Below are positions 51,067 to 60,731 of a stretch of 64,000 nt of DNA, piece by piece; positions within the stretch are counted from its first letter, which is position 1; the number at the start of each line of letters is the position of its first letter. Made by a program: the position numbers and the translations under genes. Below the pieces are notes generated by a model. The model ran no database searches. It was not told the origin of the DNA and saw only the letters and a list, made by a program, of their open reading frames with translations. The stretch spans positions 8,304 to 72,303 of the forward strand of contig JAKACH010000001.1 of NCBI GenBank assembly GCA_021821635.1, given 5' to 3'. The DNA comes from Thermoplasmata archaeon (GTDB lineage Archaea > Thermoplasmatota > Thermoplasmata > Thermoplasmatales > Thermoplasmataceae).

Positions 51067-52130
51067 TTGCCTAACCCCTCCAAATATTCATCAACCGGCA
51101 GTGCCAAATTCCTGCAGGATCCTGGACCATCCAATACCTGCACCGTGATATTGCCTGATCTTACTTTCTTGTCGTATTTTATTGCATCCATAAGCTTCTG
51201 GTGCATATCCTCCCCTATGGATATCTGATCGATATTGAAGCGTTTGGCGATTTCATCAATCCGGTCGCTTGCAATATCTTTAATCCCAAACATGCGAAAC
51301 GTTAGCTGTGATTCGATCCTCATCCCCCACATAACTGCCGTACCATGTGGGATCGTATACCCGGATGCCCTTTCTATCGCATGCCCCACGGTGTGCCCAA
51401 AGTTCAGAAGTTCCCTCTCGCCTGACTTTTCCTGCGGATCCGCTGAAACAATATCCATCTTTATTCGAGCACATTTGAATATCAGATCGGGAAGCGCAGG
51501 ATATCTTGTGAGAGCCGTATAATCAGAAAAAGAAAGAAGATCATCAACGATTGAAGCATCACGTATGAAACCATATTTTGCCATCTCAGCGATTCCCTGC
51601 TTTTGATGTTCCTGTCCCTTCTCAAGAAAAGCTGTATCCATCATCACCATGCCTGGATTATAGAATGTACCGACTGCATTCTTGCCGTCCGAAAGATCTA
51701 TTCCATTCTTTCCGCCAAGGGAAGAGTCAATCATGGCAAGCAGCGTTGTGGGGAAAGCGAGCAGCCCTATCCCGCGCATGTATGTTGATGCGCAGAATCC
51801 CGTCAGATCCCCAAGCGTTCCACCTCCAAAATACGCTATTGAAGATCCTCTGTCCAGTCTGCATGATCGCATGACCTTTATCAGATCGATGTATGAGTCA
51901 AATGTTTTTAGCCCTTCTCCATCCTCCACTCGAGCAACCTGTATTTCAGGCAATGATTTCTCAATGTTCTCGAACTCTATGTTCCAGGAATTCAGAAATC
52001 CGGAGCCCGCAACAATTAGTCCCGTGTTGTTTTCCTTAATGGCAGAAATCATTCTACCGGCTATTCCATTACCGACCAATAACCTGCATTTGGAGGCAGG
52101 TGTGTTGCAGGAAAATGTATGTTCGAGCAT
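51048..52130 (-). CDS. aroB: 3-dehydroquinate synthase (bacterial-type AroB)
   Basis: GE..K, GGG..GDL.GF, PTTLLA.IDSS.GGK and LNFGHT.GHAIE. Confidence 0.95.
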   Translation of the reverse strand: MLEHTFSCNTPASKCRLLVGNGIAGRMISAIKENNTGLIVAGSGFLNSWNIEFENIEKSLPEIQVARVEDGEGLKTFDSYIDLIKVMRSCRLDRGSSIAYFGGGTLGDLTGFCASTYMRGIGLLAFPTTLLAMIDSSLGGKNGIDLSDGKNAVGTFYNPGMVMMDTAFLEKGQEHQKQGIAEMAKYGFIRDASIVDDLLSFSDYTALTRYPALPDLIFKCARIKMDIVSADPQEKSGERELLNFGHTVGHAIERASGYTIPHGTAVMWGMRIESQLTFRMFGIKDIASDRIDEIAKRFNIDQISIGEDMHQKLMDAIKYDKKVRSGNITVQVLDGPGSCRNLALPVDEYLEGLGKWLKEN

Positions 52131-52259
52131 TTCTGTCCACGCTCACATGCTTTCTCTCTTCATTTATTTATTCTATTGTCCTAATGTGTTTTCACCAAAT
52201 ACTTGTAAATAAGAAGAACAAATGGCTTTTAATGATGTTTTGATACACATGACAACTAA

Positions 52260-54110
52260 ATGTTCAGTGATACCATTGATTTTAGCATGATAGAGGAGGC
52301 GGGGTATCCATTTATAAAGTATCATGGGATGATTTGTGGAAACAGGACTGCGGCACTTGTTGCAGCAAATGGCACCATCGACTGGGCATGTCTTCCGAGG
52401 TTTGACTCTGATCCGGTATTTGCATCTCTTCTTGACTCCAGGAAAGGGGGCTATTTCTCCATTAGACCTGCAGACACTTCGAATTTAAGGGTGTATCAGA
52501 ACTACAAGGAAATGACGAACATCCTGCATACCGAATTCATCCGGAATGGCAAGACCGTACTTCGTCTCACTGATTTCATACCTGCTTCTGAATATTCTAC
52601 AATCAATTTTCCCGAGATACACAGGTACGTCGAAGCTCCTGAGACTGACATCCGGGTCAATGTCGAATTCAAGCCTATCTTCGATTACGCCCGCGCAAAA
52701 CCAGACATTGAGAAAACTACCTCAGGATACATATTCAAATCAGATTCCCGTTCTGCGGCTATCGTAAGCGATTCTCCGCTCTATCTTAAGGATGATACCG
52801 TTGTGGGGTCCTTCCTCCTTAAACGCTATGCGTCTAAGTGGCTTGTTTTGCTAATGGATGTCAAGAATCTGGCAAAGATCACTGATTACAAGTCTTATGA
52901 ACGCCTGGAGGAGACATCCAACTACTGGAGGAACTGGCTTTCACAGTGCAACTATCACGGCGTTTACAGCCAGCAGGTTTCGAGATCCGCGCTTGCTCTC
53001 AAAGGACTGTTCTACGAACCCACTGGCCTAATGGTTGCAGCTCCCACTTCCAGCCTTCCTGAAGCCATTGGAGGGGAGAGGAACTTTGATTACAGGTATG
53101 CCTGGGTCAGGGACACCGCCTATGTGGTTGAGGCTCTTTCAATGATCGGATTGAAAAAGGAAGCGACAAAATTCCTTTACGATATGATGGAAAGCATAAC
53201 GAAGAGCAACCAGCTCCGGACAATATACACAATAGACGGCAGCACATCACTCAGGGAGAGAACAATTGATTTTGACGGTTACATGCATACAAAACCTGTT
53301 CGTATCGGGAACAAGGCTTCCAGCCAGCTCCAGATAGATGAATATGGATCAATCATAAATGCAATTTACTACCTTGCAAAGATCGGGGGAATAGTTAACT
53401 CATATCTCTGGAACTTCGTGGTTGATTTCCTCAAGACCCTGGAGAAACTCTGGAAGGAACCTGATTCCAGTATCTGGGAGTTCAGGACTGAACCGAAGCA
53501 CTATGTTTACTCAAAACTGATCTGCTGGTCCGCTTTTGACCGCGCTATTCTAATGGGAAAGATGCTAAAGATGTCCGGTCCGTTTGACGCCTGGCGGGAG
53601 ATTGCGAACCAGATCAAGAAGGCAATCCTTGACAATGGTGTGGACCCAACCGGTTCTTACCTTACGCAGTATTTCGGTTCCGACCAGGTTGACGGCGCTC
53701 TTTTGCGGCTGCCGCTCCTTGGATTCCTGCCCACAAGTGATCCACTTGTTTCCAGAACAATAGAGAAAATAGAAGAGGACCTTATGTACGATGGCTATCT
53801 TTTCCGACGATACCTTAATGATGATGGGTTCAGCGTTCCGGATAATGCCTTCCTGCTTCTCTCGTTCTGGTATGTTGAGGATCTCGTATATCTTGGCAAG
53901 ATGCGTAAAGCACGGGAAGCTTTTGAAAGCCTGATACAGAGGGGAAATCATTTAAACCTCTTTTCCGAGGAGATAGATCTTAAGAATGGCGATATGCTTG
54001 GTAATTTTCCTCAGGCACTATCCCACATCGGTGTAGTTAGAGTAGCGACCCGGCTCAACGAGGCATTCAAGCAGAAACTTAATGCCTCAACCGTCAAGAG
54101 TAACTATTGA
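52260..54110 (+). CDS. glycoside hydrolase family 15, probably trehalase rather than glucoamylase
   Basis: AALV...GTIDW.CLPRFDS N-terminal domain, AAPTSSLPE, DYRYAW.RD, QID.YG, IWE and SEE...GNFPQALSH. Confidence 0.9.
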   Translation: MFSDTIDFSMIEEAGYPFIKYHGMICGNRTAALVAANGTIDWACLPRFDSDPVFASLLDSRKGGYFSIRPADTSNLRVYQNYKEMTNILHTEFIRNGKTVLRLTDFIPASEYSTINFPEIHRYVEAPETDIRVNVEFKPIFDYARAKPDIEKTTSGYIFKSDSRSAAIVSDSPLYLKDDTVVGSFLLKRYASKWLVLLMDVKNLAKITDYKSYERLEETSNYWRNWLSQCNYHGVYSQQVSRSALALKGLFYEPTGLMVAAPTSSLPEAIGGERNFDYRYAWVRDTAYVVEALSMIGLKKEATKFLYDMMESITKSNQLRTIYTIDGSTSLRERTIDFDGYMHTKPVRIGNKASSQLQIDEYGSIINAIYYLAKIGGIVNSYLWNFVVDFLKTLEKLWKEPDSSIWEFRTEPKHYVYSKLICWSAFDRAILMGKMLKMSGPFDAWREIANQIKKAILDNGVDPTGSYLTQYFGSDQVDGALLRLPLLGFLPTSDPLVSRTIEKIEEDLMYDGYLFRRYLNDDGFSVPDNAFLLLSFWYVEDLVYLGKMRKAREAFESLIQRGNHLNLFSEEIDLKNGDMLGNFPQALSHIGVVRVATRLNEAFKQKLNASTVKSNY

Positions 54111-54112
54111 GG

Positions 54113-54637
54113 TCATTCCAGACCCCTCTGCCGCCTTGAATAGCTTCCCTCACGCCTTCTCAGATTAAAAGATACGAGCAGCAATATGAAACCCGAGGCA
54201 AAAAGTGATACGCCAAAGACAATTGTATATGTAACCACATAGCTTATCCTGTAGACGGTGAGCTTAGCGTATGCATTTACGTTTGCATTATTCTTCAGGA
54301 TAAGCGTCCAGTTGCCTGAATCTCCTGCCACCACATCTTTCTTTAATGAACCGTTTCCTGTGATGTTCCCTATTGCGCTAACTGCCCCAGAGGGGGCAAC
54401 CAGGCAGGCTGTAAAGTTAGCCCTTGAGTTATTTGCAATCACCGAATAAAAAAGATAATCCCCCTGTTTTATTGTGACATTGTACGTAAGATGATACGAG
54501 GACCCCGCCTGAATACTTACGTCCTTTGATTCAGGTGAATCGGATATTATGAATACAACAGATAGCGAGATCAGGACAATAGCTATCACAATAAGGATGT
54601 ATGACAGCCTAGCAATTTTCTTATAGTCTCTCAGCAC
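54113..54637 (-). CDS. hypothetical membrane protein (two TMs around a small beta-sandwich domain)
   Basis: N- and C-terminal hydrophobic segments; G.W.L.L.N motif. Confidence 0.75.
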   Translation of the reverse strand: MLRDYKKIARLSYILIVIAIVLISLSVVFIISDSPESKDVSIQAGSSYHLTYNVTIKQGDYLFYSVIANNSRANFTACLVAPSGAVSAIGNITGNGSLKKDVVAGDSGNWTLILKNNANVNAYAKLTVYRISYVVTYTIVFGVSLFASGFILLLVSFNLRRREGSYSRRQRGLE

Positions 54638-54686
54638 CTGTCAGATCCCGCTCCCGTACTATGAGATAACCCTGCATCGTAATAAA

Positions 54687-57044
54687 TCATTTCCTAACCT
54701 GAACCATGAGGTCAGGGGATTCATCTATGGACACGATTTCCGCTCTTGTCACACCCTCGATGAGCCTTTTGTGCTTCTCTAGCAACTCTCTTTCTCCATG
54801 AAGAATGATGCTGCTTCCTGAGACCTTCCCGGCCTTTGATGCTTCCGATCTGATCATCGATATCGTCCTGATCACATATTCGAGATTCCTGTGCATCTCT
54901 TCAGAGGCGGCAGGGTATGAGACTGGCCAGGACTCATTATGAATAGATCCTTCCTTGTTGAGGACTGTATGATACAGTTCCTCTGTGATGAATGGCATTA
55001 TCGGAGCATACAGCTTAAGTATAGACTCAAATGCAAGATAAAGCGTAGAGGCAATCTCCACTCTCTCGGCAGGATCCAGATCCTCTATCTTCATCCTCGC
55101 CTTGGATATTTCAAGGTAATTGTCGCAAAACGTGTTCCAGAAGAAGTTGTCAAGCGCCATGCGAGCTTTGGAAAGGCTGTATGAGTTCATAAATTCCGTT
55201 ATTGAGCTGGTCACTTCAGAGAGTTCCTTTAAAATCCAGTTTTCAGGCTCTCCCTTTACGCTTTTAACTCTGGAAGCATGATCTTTTCCAAGTGTAGAGA
55301 CAAGGTTACCGGCGTTAAGCATCTTGACCACGGTCTTGCGCCCTCTCATGAAGTCCTTCTCATCAATCGATATGTCCTCGCCGTTGCCCGAGACTGTCGA
55401 CCAGTGCCTGACAGCATCAGATCCATATTTCTGGACAAAATCATCGGGTGAAAACTTGTCTCCCCGGCTCTTGCTCATCTTCAGTCCCTGTGGGTTCTTC
55501 ACTATCCCACTCAGCACTATTTGGTTCCAGGGAATCTCATTGTCATGAATCATTGCCCTGACTATGCTTGTGAATGCCCAGGAGGTGATGATCTCGTGAC
55601 CCTGGAATCTCGCCGTCATTGGATATATTTTCTCGAACAGACCTCTTGGCTGGCTTGCAAGTCTTGGGGAAAGAGAAGAAGTTGCCCAGGTGTCCATAAC
55701 ATCTGTCTCGCCAACAAATTCTGTCCCACTGCACTTCGGGCAGGTGCCATTGTACTTGGTGAATCTTGGATCTACCGGAAGCATGGATTCATCTGCATAG
55801 ACAATTTCGCCGCAGTTCTTGCAATACCAGAGTGGAAAAGTGACACCAAAAACCCTCTGCCTTGATATGCACCAGTCAACTTTCAAGCCCCTGACCCAGT
55901 TGTCATATCTGACCTTCATGAAATCCGGATACCACTTTATGGAATTTCCTGCAGCATCCATTTTATCCCTGAGATCCAGGTACTTTATGTACCATTGATC
56001 CAGGATGCCTATTTCAACGGGGGTGTCGCACCGTTCATGTACATTGACTGTCTGTTTTTTCCTTTCTGATTTCGTTACGAATCCATTTGACTTCAGATGC
56101 TCCACAATAATTTTTCTTGCCTCGGTCGTAGTGATGCCAGCACGCACAAAAGTGTCGCCCTTCATTCTGCCGTTTGAATCGATTATCATCCTGGTATCAA
56201 GTGAATACTTCCTCCAGAGATCAACGTCATTCTGATCTCCAAAAGTACAGACCATCTCGGCTCCTGTTCCTTTCCCCGGGTCAACAAATTGATCCGAATA
56301 GATCTTTACACTGAATTCATATAACGGGACTGATACTTTCTTACCTATATACTCTGAATATCTCGCATCATCTGGATTCACGAACACTGCAACACATGAC
56401 CCGAGCATCTCAGGTCGTGTTGTCGCTATTTGTATATCTTTAGTATCGACGCCTTTGAATCGAATATAATAAAAATCAGTTTCCCTCTCCATGTCCTTCA
56501 TATCAATTTGCGAGATCGCCGTCCTGCAGGATGGGCAGATAAGCACAGGTCCTTTGTTCCTGTAGACCCTTTTCTTCCGGACAAGATCCAGAAACATTGA
56601 CTGCGATATCCTCCTGGACTCTTCGGAATATGTCCTATATGCATTGCCAAGATCTGCGCTGAGCCCAAGTTTCCTGAACATTTCTTTAATTTTAGCCCCT
56701 CCTTCGAGGCCTGCCTTGTTGCAAAGATCAATAAACTCTTCCGGCTGAAAATCCCGCAACCTCTTTCCCGAAAGTTTTTCTGAATATTTTTCTGTAGGCA
56801 GGCCATTGTCATCAAAGCCCATAGGATAAAATACTTTAAAACCGGACATTCGTTTAAAGCGAGCAATTATGTCCTGGTGAACATATGAAAATGAGTGCCC
56901 CATGTGGAGATCGCCAGACACCGTAGGAGGAGGAGAGTCAATTGAATATATCTCGCCTCTGGCGTCAGGGTTGAAGGCATAGGTAGAGTGTTCCTCCCAG
57001 AATACCCTCCACTTCTCTTCCATCTTTGCCATGTCCAGATCCAT
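54687..57044 (-). CDS. valS: valine--tRNA ligase
   Basis: PPPTVSG.LHMGH, GFDDNGLPTE, ATTRPE, DWCISRQR, DTWATSS and KMSKS. Confidence 0.97.
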   Translation of the reverse strand: MDLDMAKMEEKWRVFWEEHSTYAFNPDARGEIYSIDSPPPTVSGDLHMGHSFSYVHQDIIARFKRMSGFKVFYPMGFDDNGLPTEKYSEKLSGKRLRDFQPEEFIDLCNKAGLEGGAKIKEMFRKLGLSADLGNAYRTYSEESRRISQSMFLDLVRKKRVYRNKGPVLICPSCRTAISQIDMKDMERETDFYYIRFKGVDTKDIQIATTRPEMLGSCVAVFVNPDDARYSEYIGKKVSVPLYEFSVKIYSDQFVDPGKGTGAEMVCTFGDQNDVDLWRKYSLDTRMIIDSNGRMKGDTFVRAGITTTEARKIIVEHLKSNGFVTKSERKKQTVNVHERCDTPVEIGILDQWYIKYLDLRDKMDAAGNSIKWYPDFMKVRYDNWVRGLKVDWCISRQRVFGVTFPLWYCKNCGEIVYADESMLPVDPRFTKYNGTCPKCSGTEFVGETDVMDTWATSSLSPRLASQPRGLFEKIYPMTARFQGHEIITSWAFTSIVRAMIHDNEIPWNQIVLSGIVKNPQGLKMSKSRGDKFSPDDFVQKYGSDAVRHWSTVSGNGEDISIDEKDFMRGRKTVVKMLNAGNLVSTLGKDHASRVKSVKGEPENWILKELSEVTSSITEFMNSYSLSKARMALDNFFWNTFCDNYLEISKARMKIEDLDPAERVEIASTLYLAFESILKLYAPIMPFITEELYHTVLNKEGSIHNESWPVSYPAASEEMHRNLEYVIRTISMIRSEASKAGKVSGSSIILHGERELLEKHKRLIEGVTRAEIVSIDESPDLMVQVRK

Positions 57045-57120
57045 AGAGGATTATTGCTAGGATCTTAAAAATCTAGGCGGTTAAATCATTGATGAGTTCG
57101 GTTTGATCAGAACGCCTATC

Positions 57121-57549
57121 TCATTTCCTGATTGACAGCTTACTGGTCAATTCCTTCATTTCTGCAGCTTCAAGTCCGTGAGAGATTTCTTTCCACCACT
57201 TCGCTATGTTTATACCATCATTTGTCCGCCTTGGTATGACATGCATGTGGATGTGGAAGACGCTCTGATTAGCAGTTTCATGATTAGCAAGAAAGAGATT
57301 GGTCCCTTCGCAAAAACCGGTATCAACCATATGTGATGAGAGATGACGGGCAACCTCTGCAACCTTCCCGAAAGTATCTGCATCCACCATCTCAAGATAT
57401 TCAAAATGACGCTTCGGAATTACAAGTGAATGACCTCTGGAAATTGGATTAACGTCAAGGATGACAATAACATCCGAATCATCATATAATCTTGCAGAAG
57501 GTATCTCTCCGGCGACTATCCTACAGAATATGCAGTCATTTTTTTCCAT
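57121..57549 (-). CDS. HIT family hydrolase
   Basis: CIFCRI, P...GH.LVIPK.H and Q.VFHIHMHVIPR. Confidence 0.95.
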   Translation of the reverse strand: MEKNDCIFCRIVAGEIPSARLYDDSDVIVILDVNPISRGHSLVIPKRHFEYLEMVDADTFGKVAEVARHLSSHMVDTGFCEGTNLFLANHETANQSVFHIHMHVIPRRTNDGINIAKWWKEISHGLEAAEMKELTSKLSIRK

Positions 57550-57779
57550 GTTATATTGAATGTGCCGATGTATAAAAACTCATTCGGTTATGTCTTTAAA
57601 TGAAGCCTCCATTAAAATACGATTCAAAAACTTTCTATGCGTTCACATTTATCTTAAATAAAATATTAATCCACACTCATCTAACTGCTAAATAAGGATT
57701 AAATGCCGCTCAGAGTCCTATTTTCAGGTTTTAAACGGAAGAGATAAGCTGTTGTAGTAATTACCAGTCTTGCATTCGC

Positions 57780-58592
57780 ATGACAGAGAGTGATAAAATA
57801 CTACACAAGGTTCTGGTTGAATCCGGACAGGATCCGTCAAGCAAGTCAATCTCTGCATACATTATTGAACATTATCCCTTTCACCCTGGGCCCATTCAGG
57901 GAACCCTTACCTATAATGGATATGTAATTTACAGGTCCCAAGAGAGGCACCTCAACATGAATGGATTGGAGGAAACACTTGCAAAACTTGGAATAGAGGC
58001 TTCAACAATCATTTTCTTATCCAAGCACAGTTCGCAGGCAAAAATAAAGTCCCTTACTGTTCATGCAATGGGCAATATAGGAGAAGCACTTCTGGGAGGC
58101 TTTCCATCGCAGGTCTCCACATCTGATCCTGGAAATATGTCTTCGGCGTTAAGGATTATGAGGAATAACCCTGTCGAAGGTTTCAATATCACATTTGAAG
58201 CAACCCATCATGGCCCTCTTGTAAAGATACCATCATTCTTCATCGAGATAGGCACAGAAAAGGAGGACTGGGAGAACAGGTCTGCGCTCGAGACCGTGTC
58301 AAAGGCTGTATTGAATTGCAGTGATGATGGTAAAGGCGGTTTTATTGGAATCGGAGGCGGGCACTATTCTCCAAAGATCACCGAATATGCAGTTTCCAGC
58401 GGCATCAATGTGGGGCACATACTATCAAAGCACACCCATGAATTCCTTACCGTCGACCTGCTAAAGCAATGCATGGAGAGAACTAAAGGGTTCAGAGGAT
58501 TCCTGGTGGATTGGAAGGGCACAAGAGGTCCTATCAGGGAAATGGTTAGAAACATTGCGTCTGAAGGATCATTTGAATTAATCTCAATATAA
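57780..58592 (+). CDS. dtdA: D-aminoacyl-tRNA deacylase (archaeal DTD2/GEK1 type)
   Basis: S..DP.S, FLSKHSS, SLTVH..GN, EATHHGP, FIEIG and GGGHY. Confidence 0.93.
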   Translation: MTESDKILHKVLVESGQDPSSKSISAYIIEHYPFHPGPIQGTLTYNGYVIYRSQERHLNMNGLEETLAKLGIEASTIIFLSKHSSQAKIKSLTVHAMGNIGEALLGGFPSQVSTSDPGNMSSALRIMRNNPVEGFNITFEATHHGPLVKIPSFFIEIGTEKEDWENRSALETVSKAVLNCSDDGKGGFIGIGGGHYSPKITEYAVSSGINVGHILSKHTHEFLTVDLLKQCMERTKGFRGFLVDWKGTRGPIREMVRNIASEGSFELISI

Positions 58593-58743
58593 ACATATAT
58601 TTATAGAAATATATATCATTCAGGATATTTATTTTCCTGCTGTTCTACGTGTTTTTGAACTAATTTTAGTTCTAGGCATGACATAATATTTAAATACAAT
58701 CAAATTCTTTACAATTAAGGTTAAAAGCCAAGGAATAAAGTAA

Positions 58744-59709
58744 ATGGAAGAGTGTGTGGAGGACGAGCCTCCTAATAAAACACCTTTTTTCCGTGCACGC
58801 AAGATGGAGAGAGTTCTCAATTTCAAGCGACTTTTTGTGAAATATGAGGGCGGCGGTGTCACGGGTACACAGAAAGACAGGATCTCGAAGTATCACGTCA
58901 TGAGGGCACGGGAACTTGGATATGACACGGTTTCATTGGGATCCTGCGGCAATTATGGCGCATCGCTTGCTTATTTTGCTGGCAAGTACGGGATGGACTC
59001 AATAATTGGGGTACCTTCATCCTACTCTGGGGACCGGCTTTCAGAAATCAGGTCCTATGGAGGCAGCCTTCTTGAGCTTCCGATGAAATACGAAGAGGTT
59101 GTTGAGTACATGCGCCAGAAGGCTGTTGAGGAGAACTGGTACGATTCGAATCCAGGGAATTCAAATTCGGAACTGGATTTTCAGGGCTATTCTAAGATTG
59201 CTTCAGAAATCGTCAGCCAGCTCGGAAGAAGTCCGGAATTCATATCAGCACCTGTTGGAAACGGTACTACGCTTACCGGTATCTATAGAGGATTCAGGTT
59301 GCTCAGAGATGCGGGATTGATAGATTCAGTTCCCAGGTTGATTGCGGCTTCGACAGATGGTGGAAATCCTGTTGTCAGATCATGGAAGAAGGGCTACAAG
59401 AAAATCCAAGATCTAGGACCTCTTGATATCAGAGAAACTTCCATAAACGAGCCTCTGGTATCTTATGTATCGTATGATGGCCAGGCGGCGCTAGACTCGA
59501 TATATGAAAGCAAAGGTTTTGCATTCGAGGTGCCGGATACAGAGATGATGCGCTATTCCCAGCTTTTGATGGTTCATGAGAACGTGGACGCACTTCCAGC
59601 TTCTAGTTCAGCGGTCGTGGCAGCCAACAGGGTTGCTCATATGCTCAACAGGAAGATCGATTGCGTTGTCATTATTACGGGTAAAGGGAAAACTTGGAAG
59701 ATGCAGTAG
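58744..59709 (+). CDS. PLP-dependent fold-type II enzyme (threonine synthase-like)
   Basis: KYEG...TGTQKDR (PLP Lys), SCGNYG and PVGNGTT. Confidence 0.88.
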   Translation: MEECVEDEPPNKTPFFRARKMERVLNFKRLFVKYEGGGVTGTQKDRISKYHVMRARELGYDTVSLGSCGNYGASLAYFAGKYGMDSIIGVPSSYSGDRLSEIRSYGGSLLELPMKYEEVVEYMRQKAVEENWYDSNPGNSNSELDFQGYSKIASEIVSQLGRSPEFISAPVGNGTTLTGIYRGFRLLRDAGLIDSVPRLIAASTDGGNPVVRSWKKGYKKIQDLGPLDIRETSINEPLVSYVSYDGQAALDSIYESKGFAFEVPDTEMMRYSQLLMVHENVDALPASSSAVVAANRVAHMLNRKIDCVVIITGKGKTWKMQ

Positions 59710-60731
59710 TTCTTGCAGAATCAGTCTTTGGAACCACATACGGCAAAACTGCCAACGGTCTAGTGAGATTCTCTAGACGTTATAACGTTAGGTATGTTAT
59801 TGACAGCAGCCATGCAGGTGAAGATGCAGGAATGGTTCTCAATGGAAAGAAATGTGGGATCCCGGTAGTTGCTGCATTGCCTGTCAACGCCGATCCTCCG
59901 CTTTCGACTCTTGTCGTTGGCGTAGCAACGGATGGCGGCGTTCTACCCCCTAAATACAGGAAATTTATAGCTGATGCCCTCAAATCTGGCCTGAATGTTG
60001 TAAGTGGGCTCCATGAATTCCTGAGCGACGATCCAGAATTTGCAAAGCTTGCCTCAAAGAATGGGAGAACAATAACCGACGTTCGGAAGATGTTCAGGGA
60101 CAGGAAGGACATGTTCACAGGCAGGATCCTTGATGTGAAGTCTACGAAGATAGCTGTTCTGGGTACAGACAGTGCAGTCGGAAAACGCACCACTTCCGTT
60201 TTTCTTTCGGAGAGCATGAAGAAGAAAGGAAACACCTCGGAGATGATAGGCACTGGACAGACTTCCTGGATGCAGGGCTTCAAGTACACAATTGTCCTTG
60301 ATGCGATTATCAATGACTTTGTCTCCGGTGCTCTGGAAACCGTCACAGTTGATGCCTGGAACGATCTCCATCCTGATTATATGTTCCTTGAAGGCCAGGG
60401 ATCTGTGCTGCATCCTGCGTATCCTGGGAGCTTTGAGATAATAGGGGCGCTCCATCCTGATGCCATAATACTTCAACATTCGCCTAAACGCTTATACTAC
60501 GATGGCTTTGAGCAGTTCAAGATCCCGCCACTTGAAAAATATATCCGCATTCTTGAACTCTTATCAGACAAGAAGGTGATAGCTGTCGCCATCAATCGCG
60601 ACGATATGACAAGCAGCGAGATGCTTGACTACATGGACATGGTGGAAAGGAAGTACGGAATCCCGGCTTTCGATCCGCTTGGAAATTTAGATCAGATCAC
60701 CTCGTATATCCAGGACACACTTGGGAAGTGA
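59694..60731 (+). CDS. DUF1611 family protein (DgcN-like; Rossmann-like N-terminus and P-loop C-terminus)
   Basis: KTA.GL.R, G.A..GG.L, SGLHEFL, GTDSAVGKRTT, TGQT, D....DF.SGA.E and EGQGS..HP.Y. Confidence 0.92.
   Translation: MEDAVVLAESVFGTTYGKTANGLVRFSRRYNVRYVIDSSHAGEDAGMVLNGKKCGIPVVAALPVNADPPLSTLVVGVATDGGVLPPKYRKFIADALKSGLNVVSGLHEFLSDDPEFAKLASKNGRTITDVRKMFRDRKDMFTGRILDVKSTKIAVLGTDSAVGKRTTSVFLSESMKKKGNTSEMIGTGQTSWMQGFKYTIVLDAIINDFVSGALETVTVDAWNDLHPDYMFLEGQGSVLHPAYPGSFEIIGALHPDAIILQHSPKRLYYDGFEQFKIPPLEKYIRILELLSDKKVIAVAINRDDMTSSEMLDYMDMVERKYGIPAFDPLGNLDQITSYIQDTLGK

Noticed and set aside
57074..57118. hairpin TAGGCG...CGCCTA between HIT and valS as a possible valS leader or C/D RNA
   Set aside because: It lies upstream of the likely valS TATA box (TTTTAAG), so it is not in the leader, and the C/D box set is incomplete. 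Most likely terminator-like or chance.
58595..58614. ATATATTT-ATAG-AAATATAT palindrome
   Set aside because: AT-only sequence in an AT-rich spacer; expected by chance.
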